A DNA stretch of 39,574 nt from Octopus bimaculoides (Eukaryota): the NCBI RefSeq assembly GCF_001194135.2, contig NC_068985.1, positions 16,576,672-16,616,245 of the forward strand. Direction: 5' to 3'. Shown here piece after piece: positions 12,433 through 22,195 of this stretch. The notes under the pieces were generated by a model, which was not told where the DNA came from, ran no database searches, and was given only the letters and a program-made list of their open reading frames with translations. The translations under genes were made by a program, and so were the position numbers. The stretch's first letter is position 1. Every line of letters starts with the position of its first letter.

Positions 12433-13194
12433 ATAGTTATATTTGTTAGAAATATAGCAGTTGTACTTTATCTGATTTTCCCATCATCTTAAGAAAAATG
12501 TCTGTATGATTGCTACTTCAGCAGTTTGATAAGACTATAAATAGTATCTCTATTACTTGATATGCTATCTATAGATAGCATATTTCTGAGGTTATAAAAT
12601 GAAACCTTGTAGAAACATCTTAACAATTATTTCATATCTTTAACAATGCCATGGGAAGTATTTCATTTCAGGTTGTAGGTGGATCAGAAAACATTTTGAC
12701 ATTTTATAACATACTGTCAAGAAATCAAACAAAATTAAATATAGTGTGTGTGTGTGTTGACTTTTCTCACAATGTAAAGCATTTCAGTTTCAACACATGG
12801 TCTCATAGCAAGCCGTTTGTCAAGCAATTAAAATTCCAACAGTTTTATAATTATGTTGGTGTGTAGTATAGTCTCACAACTGGTTCTAGTTGTGGGAATA
12901 TTTATTTTACAATTGTATCTAAAAACAGCAAGTGTTTAGTTTAAGCCATTGTGGGTTTTAGCCTTGCAGCTGCTTTTATCCTTTTCTGCTTTAGCTTGGA
13001 GAAGGAACAGTGCCCATGACTTTCCCAGGCCCTTCAAGATTGGTGAGATTCATATGAATCAGTTTGAGCATTAATAGACTGACATTTATGGAAATAATGT
13101 AGATGGAGAGGAAATTCCTGATGATTGGCACTCTACAGAAGAAGGATTGGTTAAAAGGGCTAATGTAAATAAAGTGGGGTTGGATTTGGCAATA

Positions 13195-13470
13195 AGATGA
13201 GGGCTCAGGTTCAGTCCCTCTCTATAGCATCTGAGGCAAGCTTTGAAGGTGAAACTGGCTAGACAAGAAATATGAAAGACTCAAATGGATTGTTCTTGCA
13301 ATTCAAAGGGTTTCCTTTGTCTCAGAGCGTCATGCTAATTTAGTCTGAGAACTATGTTAAGAGTACATGTGCTTTTTGAGTACTCAGCCTTTTACATACT
13401 AATTGAATGAGTAGGTAGTTCAGTTGTTCAAATAACTGGGCACTCATCATTAAAACTGATGGAGGACCCT
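13195..13470 (+). mobile_element. SINE family C remnant
   Basis: ggttcagtccc B-box-like segment and gagaactatgttaagagtacatgtg, shared with 24485-24810. Confidence 0.45.
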
Positions 13471-14024
13471 TTGTGCCAGGTCAGAGGACCAGAGGGCTTT
13501 TATAACAACAACAGAACAGGCAGTGAGAGGAGACAGTATGTCTGTGCTCCATTACACTACAAAAAGACTTTCTGAGATACCAGTCTGTTTTTGCTTAAAA
13601 AAGATAGACCGTTAAATTGACATGTTATTCATATTGACCTATGAGTATCCTTCTAAAACAATGGTCAAGACTGAAGAAGGACAGTGGTGCTACAACTATT
13701 GATGAATTAAAGCAACTAATGATGGAACTGGACATGAGCCATTGTCAGTTTCTATACACAGTACAAGTTGTAGACGATCACTCACTCGTTTGTTTTACAT
13801 TTACAACACACACACAAGTACATACTGAGGCATTGCTTTACAGCTGGATGCTGTTCCTTTCACTAACCTTTCTCTGTTTTATTTTTAGTAAGGAGTTTTC
13901 ATTCCACTTATCTTCAAGTGTGGGGCTGCTGTAATATTTGCTGACACAAAGATGTAAACAAACATCACTGTCAATAGCTTAGCTCTGTGCAGAATTCAGA
14001 CATTCAAATTGGCATGCATATGCA

Positions 14025-14345
14025 TGCAGTACACTTTGTAAAGGGGTGGGCATTAGGCAGAGCATTCAGCTGCAAAAACCATGCCAAAACAGACAGTGAA
14101 GCTTGGTGCAGTCCTGTCAAACCATCCAGTCCATGCCAGCATGGAAGATGGATGTTAAATGATGATGATGATGATGTGCATATACACACACACACATGAA
14201 AGGCTTTGTGCAATTTCCATCTATCTAATTCATTTACAAAGGATTGCTCAACCTGGGGCTACAGTAGAAGACATTTGCCCAAGGTGCCATACTCAAGGAC
14301 TGAACTCTAAACCACATGGTTTTGAAGTGAACTTCTTGATCAAAC
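14025..14345. mobile_element. Diverged RTE 3' end (+, to 14176) followed by SINE A remnant (-)
   Basis: ccatgccagcatggaagatggatgttaaatgatgatgatgat tail, then the reverse complement of the SINE A head. Confidence 0.6.
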
Positions 14346-14755
14346 TGCCAAACCTGCTCCAATCAATGGTGATAATTCATATTGATTAATAATGCTCAAC
14401 TTCATATTATAAAAAAAAAATGTGTTTCTTTTTACAAATTATTTTCTGCCTTTATTTCTAACTTTCATTAACTACGTGTTCACCAAAGAGTGAATATTTG
14501 AACTTTATTATAATGCTAAAATTCATTAACCGTTTAACAACAATCACATTGTATTGATATGATATTGTTTTCATGTTCAGTCTCCTGTAGGTGCACCAAA
14601 CATCATATATTTGAGAGAGACTGAAAATTAAACTAAAAATCGCCTTTTAATATTAATGGTTTCTTCTATCTACAGACTTACCTGAATTAAGCTTATGTTA
14701 TTTTTAGAAAATTACCTGTAGAGCTGCTGTTAATCTTTGCTTATGTAAATTGCAG

Positions 14756-14881
14756 CAATTTGAATCTCCAAATGCAATTCCCAATCAAATGTATGGAATT
14801 CCTGGAAACACTGATCAACAACAACCTGTCAACAGTTATCCAAACATTTACAACCCCCAGGAACATCAGCCTCAATTGCCG
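14756..14881 (+). CDS. SEC31: SEC31 exon, phase 0-0
   Basis: aaattgcag|CAA TTT GAA ... TTG CCG|gttaga. 42 codons, QFESPNAIPNQMYGIPGNTDQQQPVNSYPNIYNPQEHQPQLP, followed by a 100-nt intron. Confidence 0.82.
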
Positions 14882-14981
14882 GTTAGATATTTTAATAATA
14901 TTTCACTTTTATGATTTCACTTATAAATTTAAACACCTGTATGTTTTATTGAAACTTATTAAAATATTTTACTGTTTGTAG

Positions 14982-15119
14982 CAATCAGCACCTGTAGTTA
15001 ACCCAGCTCCAGAACCTGTACCTGAAGTTGTAAAAGGACCTTTGCCAAATGAACATCAAATTTTACAAGAGATATTTGATGCCTTGGTTGAAAACTGTTT
15101 AAAAGTTGCATCAAATGCT
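14982..15119 (+). CDS. SEC31: SEC31 exon, start of C-terminal helical domain
   Basis: tgtttgtag|CAA TCA ... AAT GCT|gtaagt. QSAPVVNPAPEPVPEVVKGPLPNEHQILQEIFDALVENCLKVASNA resembles human SEC31A KKPIPDEHLILKTTFEDLIQRCLSSA. Confidence 0.92.
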
Positions 15120-15562
15120 GTAAGTAAAACAATGAAATATCCTTATTTCATAATTTTAATCTAGATATGCACTGCAATACATACGTATGTACATATGTAC
15201 ATTCGTACCTATCATCATAAGTGCATTAGGCTTTGAACCTAGAAATGCTAGGTTTTTCAAAGAAAGAGTAAAAAAATTGATGCAGATTCTCCAAATTCAA
15301 ATTATTAGTGACACAGTGAAGATCTGTTAGTCATTCCAAAGATTCTTCATCTGAGATTCTTTAGGTCAACAAATGCACAAATTTGAGTGAACTCAACCAC
15401 ATATTTACAAACACTGGGCACTCGCAACTCAAAAAGTCTGGTCATTTTGTTAGTGACCAGCTTGACTTCGCTTAAGAAGAACTTAAATGAAACTCAAAAA
15501 CAAACAAACAAACATGCATGCATACAATTGAATTAATGAGGCTAATTATTCAGTAACATCAT

Positions 15563-15890
15563 TTGACACCTTGGGAAAGTGTTTTCTGCTATAGCCTCGG
15601 GTTGACCGAAGCTTTGTGAGCATTTGGTGAACAAATACTGACAGAAGCCTGTTGTATACATGTGTGTGTGTGTGTGTATCTTTGTGTCTGTGCTTCTCCC
15701 CTACTGCCACTTGACAAACAGTGTTGGTGTGTTTATGTCCCAGTAACTTAGCAGTTTGGCAAAAAGAGACTGATAGAATAAGTACAAGGCTTTAAAAAAA
15801 AATAAGTACGGGGATTGATGTATTCAAAAATTCTTCAAGGTGGTGCCCCAGCATGGCCACAGTCTAATGACTGAAACAAGGAAAAGATAG
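15563..15890 (+). mobile_element. SINE family A lacking its head
   Basis: caccttgggaaagtgttttctgctatagcctcggg ... aatgactgaaacaagg, collinear with 9781-10150. Confidence 0.75.
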
Positions 15891-16100
15891 AAGAAAAATC
15901 CCACCATCTTTTATCCATAACTTTCTAATACAATATAGTAATAACAATCTAACAAGTTCTGAGATTCTTAATTTTTTTCTTTTTTAATTATTTTAACAAA
16001 ACATGGTTTTCGTTTATTTACTTCTTTCCCTTGATATTTTATGATGTAGGATGTCCACTTCAGTTTTTTAAATGTTGATTTTTCTCTTTTTCATATTTAG

Positions 16101-16172
16101 CAAACTAAAAGAAAACTGGAAGACGTAGTTAAGAAACTGGAAGCGTTATATGACAAGCTAAGAGAAAATGCG
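16101..16172 (+). CDS. SEC31: SEC31 penultimate coding exon
   Basis: tcatatttag|CAA ACT ... AAT GCG|gtatga. QTKRKLEDVVKKLEALYDKLRENA resembles human QTKRKLDDASKRLEFLYDKLRE. Confidence 0.95.
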
Positions 16173-16539
16173 GTATGATACTTTGCAGTTTTATAACTCC
16201 CCCTCCTTCGTCTCTCTCTCTCTCTCTCTCTCTCTTTCCTTCACATAAACAGACTTGTACTTTATATTGCAATTATCATCAGTTTTAGATAGTTGTTTTA
16301 ACTTCGGGATTCAATTTCACCAACTGACCTTTTCTTCTTTTATCGAAGTAGCTCAGCAGTGATCTTCAGAAAAATTGTAATTCTTTGATCAATTGGCCCC
16401 TTGTTTATAGATGAGGTTAATAGTCTAAAATCATTTGATGATTTTTAAACTTCTAATTTTCTAGTTATCATTTTATTGATATTACAACAGAATGTTTTGT
16501 CACATATTTCTGTAGCTGTAACCCAGTACATTTAACTTT

Positions 16540-16799
16540 CATCATCATCATCGTTTAACGTCCGCTTTCCATGCTAGCATGGGTTGGACGATTTGACTGA
16601 GGACTGGTGAAACCGGATGGCAACACCAGGCTCCAATCTAATTTGGCAGAGTTTCTACAGCTGGATGCCCTTCCTAACGCCAACCACTCAGAGAGTGTAG
16701 TGGGTGCTTTTACGTGTCACCCGCACGAAAATGGCCACGCTCGAAATGGTGTCTTTTATGTGCCACCCGCACAAGCCAGTCCAGGGGCACTGGCAACGA
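16540..16799 (-). mobile_element. Young RTE LINE 3' end
   Basis: Intact (cat)n tail; nearly identical to 39347-39574. Confidence 0.85.
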
Positions 16800-17050
16800 A
16801 ATATTAACTTATCACTAAATATACATAATCCCTTTTGATTTTCTTTTCTACTCCCATCATATCATACCTAGCTTCTCACTCGTAGCATCCACCATTTTTT
16901 GTAGACCTAAAAGATGTAATCAAGAACATTTTTATGTGTCTAGGAAGAAGCAGACTTTGTTGTCTTTCTGTTTTTTTTTTTCTTTTTTTCAAGCATTTTT
17001 TCACCCTCTATTTAAGTAAACATTTCCATCTTTTATATTGTTTATTTCAG

Positions 17051-17233
17051 CTGTCCCAGAACATCATTCAAGGCTTGCATCAAATTGTACAATCATTGCA
17101 ACAATATGACTATGATAGAGGACTACAAATCCATGCTCACATGATTAAGCATGGAAATTTTTCTGAAATTGGAAGCTTTATGCCTAGTCTAAAAGTATTA
17201 ATGCAAACAGCAAACAATCTTCAAGTACGATGA
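17051..17233 (+). CDS. SEC31: SEC31 terminal coding exon
   Basis: tttatttcag|CTG TCC ... GTA CGA TGA. LSQNIIQGLHQIVQSLQQYDYDRGLQIHAHMIKHGNFSEIGSFMPSLKVLMQTANNLQVR* resembles the human SEC31A C-terminus (SNFSETSAFMPVLKVVLTQANKLGV). Confidence 0.95.
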   Translation: MSQNIIQGLHQIVQSLQQYDYDRGLQIHAHMIKHGNFSEIGSFMPSLKVLMQTANNLQVR

Positions 17234-18863
17234 ACAATGGGTGATGTAAATCTCTCTATTGCATTTATTCTGATTATTCATAAATCCTTAACTACAAGAA
17301 AAGAACTGAACATTTCTCTGAAATCGTGTTAGCAGTTTCTTACGTCTACACAACTGCTAAATACTGGAAACTCGGGTGAGTCAGCAGAATGTTAGCGATT
17401 TGGAATCTATATATTCTTTTGACATCATGATTTATTAATAAAATGTCACGTTCTGAGATTTTTTTTTTTTCCAAACAATTCTCAAGGAACCTTCATTAGA
17501 ATTTAATTAAACATTTATATGTTTATTTATTATTATTATTATTATTATTTTTTTTTTTTTTTTGCTGCTAATTCTTAAATTAAACTTCATTTGATCTATA
17601 GTATAATTCTTCTGATTACTGCATGCACTTCGCCTGTTACTTGTCCCCCAAACAGGATGATTTGATCACACATTGATAAAACTTCTGCTGATAACTCAAT
17701 AAATTTTAATATTTCAACAGAATTTAATTCTGTTAAAGGTTTTATTTGTTTCTTTATTCCTATCTTGTTCTGTTCATGCTTCTAATTAACTTGTTAAATA
17801 TCTACTTGTTTACTTAGTTATGGTTTCTTAAACCAATCATCCTCATGTTCATAGATTAAATATCTCATTAATAAAAAAAAAATTAATTAATTTTCTGGGA
17901 ACAGGGCAGAAAAACAAATATCTATCTTTATTGTACAGAGCAGTGTGACTTTTCTTTCCTGAAGATAAAATCATTATTTTTATTTTTATTTATTTTTTTT
18001 TTAATATTTTTAGTGTCAACAATCAGAATTTTGATAATAATGCAAATTTGACTGAATATTATTATTATTTTTTTTTTTTGTACATTGTATATTATTAGTC
18101 AAATTTTATAATTATATGGTAAATTTATATTTCATTGTATCTGTTACACTAAATACTGGATGAAATTGTTTTGAAATGATCAAATTTGTAAGTTCAATAC
18201 TTAGAATGTTTCAAACTTGTATAGTTATGATTTATGATCAAAATTTCTGTAACCATGTTTTTAATCTTTCCTACACAGCATCTCAAATAAGTTGAATTTG
18301 TCTCCAAACTTGTCATCAGTATAAAATACAAACTAAATCAGGCTTGTGTATAAATTAGTTACTCAAACAATGACATATTTGTATACAAATCTGGCACTTT
18401 AAGCATCCAATTGAGGCTTTGTGTAGTAAAAATTTATTATAAAAGACATTTAAAAAAAAAATTCTTATTGATTTGGTGTTATTATAAGTTTAGGCTAATA
18501 CTCTTCATTGAAAAGTGTTGTTATCTTAGAAGTTAGGTAAATGATAAATCTGTCAGAAAATAGAATAGCGATTTTTTTTCATAAATTTTTTTTTAGAAAA
18601 ACAAAAAAAGCAAATCATGATGCATAAGGTGTATAAATGTACAGCAAGTAAAAAAAAAAAAAAGAAAAATAGTTCTTTTTCTTTTGAGAAATTGGGAAAA
18701 AAAAAAACAACAAAAATTTGTTTTCAGACCAATATTGAAATATTTATTTTTGTATATTTTTTCCAGGAAATAAAATTGTTTTCTGATAAATTTAACTTCT
18801 TCCCAAGTGTTAAATGATTGTCTCATTTGTACTCATTAAGAATAATGCATTGAAAATGTATGG

Positions 18864-18960
18864 AATAAACTTGTAATTGTATTACAGTTAATTAACACAT
18901 TAAAAATGTGCAATAAACTTTGTTCAATAAACATCTGAAGCTGTTTTTCTTTGTTTATCA
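18864..18960 (+). terminator. Probable SEC31 polyadenylation region (end of a ~1.7-kb AT-rich 3' UTR)
   Basis: Three AATAAA hexamers (18864, 18912, 18926) followed by a GT/T-rich tract (ctgtttttctttgttt). Dense repeats resume just after. Earlier AATAAA sites in the UTR are alternative candidates. Confidence 0.5.
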
Positions 18961-19057
18961 AATTTAAGGTCAACAACTAATAAATTTATTTTCTGCCAGT
19001 AATAATAATTTTCTTGATTATTTTACTCCTGTAAAAAAAAAAACTGGGATTAGTGTA

Positions 19058-19369
19058 GGGTGCAGGCATGGCTGTGTGGTTTAGGAGTTTAATTTCCAAC
19101 CACACGGTTTTAGGTTCCGCTCTGATTGTGTGGCACCCTGGGCAAGTGTCTTCTACAATAGCCCCGGGGCAATCAAAGCCTTGTAGTGGATTTGGTTGAG
19201 GGAAATATGTGAATGAGTGAATGGTCATACTTGGATATATGTGAGTGAGTGAATGGTCCTGCTTGGAAATTTGTGAGTGAGTGAATGGTCATGCTTGGAA
19301 ACCAGTAAGGATTGGTGACAGAAGGAGCATCGACCATAGAAAATCTGCCTCGGTGATGATGATGATACT
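19058..19369 (+). mobile_element. SINE with family A head, 3 x 32-bp tandem repeat and RTE-like (gat)n tail
   Basis: Head ggcatggctgtgtggtt. 32-nt units at 19201, 19233 and 19265. Tail agaaggagcatcgaccatagaaaatctgcc..gatgatgat. Confidence 0.65.
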
Positions 19370-19559
19370 TTCTTGGACTAAAACTAAAGCTTTCCTGCAT
19401 TGTAAATGTTTCAATTTCTACTAACCTCATCTCTAGAGATGACATTCATCTGTCCATGGCCAAATAGATAAGCAGGTGATATTACTTGTTGTTCAAATCC
19501 AGTTTGGTACTATGTTATGGTAGGTATCGTCTGCAACAGGATGGATAATGAACTTTCAA

Positions 19560-20400
19560 TAACATCACCTTCTTCAGATGCTAACCAGCTTTTAGAATGA
19601 TTAAAGAGGTTTCATTACATTTTCTCCATTAAATTTTTTTCCAATAAATTAGGAGGTACTCAAACATAGCAATTCCCATATCCAAGTGTTTTTAAATGCC
19701 TTATAACTTTCATGAAATAAGTGGGGTATCTGCGATATCTTGTATTGCGTGACCTAGATTATTTTTTATTAGAGTTTTGATTCAATCAACAACAAACTAT
19801 AGGCTTTCTGCAATATTCATGGTCTTCTAGATCAAAATTTTCACTCTTGATTCTAGCAAACTCCTTACAAAGTAGTTGTATGCTGTCAACTTAATGTGAC
19901 AGTCCCCTGAAGGGAATAATACTACTGTTGGTTAGACCTAGGAAGCTGCACCGCTTCCTGTCGGCCTTGACACATTTCCTGTGTCCTTATGTTTTATGAC
20001 ACAGGAAATGTGTCGANNNNNNNNNNNNNNNNNNNNNNNNNNNNNNNNNNNNNNNNNNNNNNNNNNNNNNNNNNNNNNNNNNNNNNNNNNNNNNNNNNNN
20101 NNNNNNNNNNNNNNNNNNNNNNNNNNNNNNNNNNNNNNNNNNNNNNNNNNNNNNNNNNNNNNNNNNNNNNNNNNNNNNNNNNNNNNNNNNNNNNNNNNNN
20201 NNNNNNNNNNNNNNNNNNNNNNNNNNNNNNNNNNNNNNNNNNNNNNNNNNNNNNNNNNNNNNNNNNNNNNNNNNNNNNNNNNNNNNNNNNNNNNNNNNNN
20301 NNNNNNNNNNNNNNNNNNNNNNNNNNNNNTTCCTTTCTTGAAATAAAAGAGCATCATCTTCACTTCTAATGTAAAAACAGTAGAAAAATCTATCTATACA
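19560..20400 (-). mobile_element. Decayed mariner transposase N-terminal half (spans an assembly gap)
   Basis: The minus strand reads MLFYFKKG (near 20330-20360), then FARIKSENFDLED, IKTLIKNN, RHLKTLGY and *VPPNLLEKNLME (eroded WVPHEL), with stops and frameshifts. Confidence 0.75.
20017..20329. other. Assembly gap (others at 23835-24161, 27242-27251, 33180-33315, 34350-34727)
   Basis: Runs of N. The poly-X ORFs across these gaps are artefacts. Confidence 0.99.
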
Positions 20401-20451
20401 GTAATCATATAGAAAGATGTGTTGAAATGTCACCTTTCAGAAAATATATGT

Positions 20452-20739
20452 ATCATCATCGTCGTTAAACGTCTGCCTTCCATGCTGGCATGAGTTGGAC
20501 GGTTTGAGTGAGGGCTGGCAAACCAGAAGGCTGTACCAGGCTCCAATCTGATCTGGCAAGGTTTCTACAGCTGGATGCCCTTCCTAACGCCAACCATTCT
20601 GAGAGTGTAGTGGGTGCTTTTTACGTGCCACCAGCATGGAAGCCAGTCAGGCGGTACTGGCAACGACCACGTTCAAATGGTGCTTTTTACGTGCCACCAA
20701 CATGGAAGCCAGTCAGGCGGTACTGGCATTGGCCACGAC
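20452..20739 (-). mobile_element. RTE LINE 3' end in a TA-rich site
   Basis: (cat)n tail and two tandem 3' UTR units. atatatgt occurs on both flanks (20444-20451, 20746-20753). Confidence 0.8.
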
Positions 20740-21329
20740 ATATATATATATGTCACATACTCCTGTCATGCGAAAAAATAATGATGTTTAAACACCACCC
20801 ATTGGAAAATAGTACCAATATTTGTTCCAATTTAATATAGTAGTGCACCTGAGCACTTTATACAATAACTTCATTACATTGATATGTAGAATGACTGGGG
20901 GAAGTAACCAGGAATATCTGCAGCATGAAAACTAAATTGTAAAGTAGTCACTAGCATGCTTAATGCAGCATATTGCAAAACTATTGTTAGAATTATGCAT
21001 TTACTGACGTAACAATTATTTTCTGATTGTAAGTAGTTAAGGTAGGGGAGACAACCTTGAAATTTTGATTAAGTTTAGAATGCAATTAGGAAGTTTTAAT
21101 CTGAAGAAATGCATACATATATATATATATATTAGGGATAAAAATCCAAAATTACAGGTAAAAACTCAAAATCAATTTATTAAAAATTAAAATTAAATTA
21201 AGTTTCACAGTATTAAATATATATATATATATGTATATTTGACAATGGATTTTCATCAATGAGTTCATGAACATTGGTTCTTTTCCCTAAAACTATATAT
21301 ATATATATATATATACAATGGAATTTTTT

Positions 21330-21460
21330 AAATTTTCTATTTACAAGATCTACTCAGAAGGCTTGATTTGACCCAAGGCTATAGTTAAAGACAATTGTCG
21401 AAAGTGTCACACAGGAGGACTGAAACCAAATCCATGCAATTGGAAAGCAAACTTAACCAA
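21330..21460 (-). mobile_element. SINE family A remnant
   Basis: gacccaaggctatag..aagac..ggactgaaaccaaatccatg is the reverse complement of the SINE A head. Confidence 0.5.
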
Positions 21461-22195
21461 ACACATCTGTTGCAGATGTGGGAACAGTATTTCATTGTGA
21501 GTCACAACTGAGCTATGGATGTGGGTGAGTAGCTGTTGGGGTTTGAAGTATTTTCTAACCCTGAATGGAAGGGTCAATCTTTGTAATACAGTCTCTGCTA
21601 TGTTAAATATGTTCACCGGTTTGAAAGAGACCCACAGTGCAATTTCTTGTGGTGGCCACTGGTATACACCACAGTTCAGAGAAATAGAATAAATCCTAAG
21701 ATTCCGAGTTCAATCCCCACTAAAGGTGACATTTCAAAGACATCTGAAAGACAAATAGGAGTCATGATCTAGAAGGGCTCAGCTCCCGTAGAAGGTCTGG
21801 AACTAATGGGCCAAAATGCTTGATGAAAATTCTTCCTCAAAAGATTTATCTTGCTGTCTGCTCTTCACATAGCAAGTTTCCACTGACTAAATGACCTTGA
21901 CGGTTCTAATCACATGATATTCATATCTAGAGGAGGAAAAGTATAAGAGTATTTTTCTTGCTATGTGTAGTGATTGTGTCTGACTCATAGCTAATGATAT
22001 TGAGATACTGAGGTGATTCAAAGCATGTTTGAGGGGCAGGGATAAGCAAAATTTCAAATTAGATTACATTTAGGAATGATACCATCTGCTTCTCCTTAAT
22101 CACCATTTAACAGTACTTTTTTATCTCTCTCTCTCCACCTATGTCTGACTCTTGCTCTCTCTCCTTCCCACCTCACCCCTCCTCTTCGCTAATCT

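Noticed and set aside
13641-13934. 97-aa ORF in a SEC31 intron
   Set aside because: No usable splice sites or Sec31 similarity. The start loosely resembles a decayed RTE C-terminus, and the rest is low-complexity or repeat-derived.
14581-14631. Possible extra exon SPVGAPNIIYLRETEN after ttcatgttcag
   Set aside because: Runs into a stop with no good donor, and is not needed for frame continuity.
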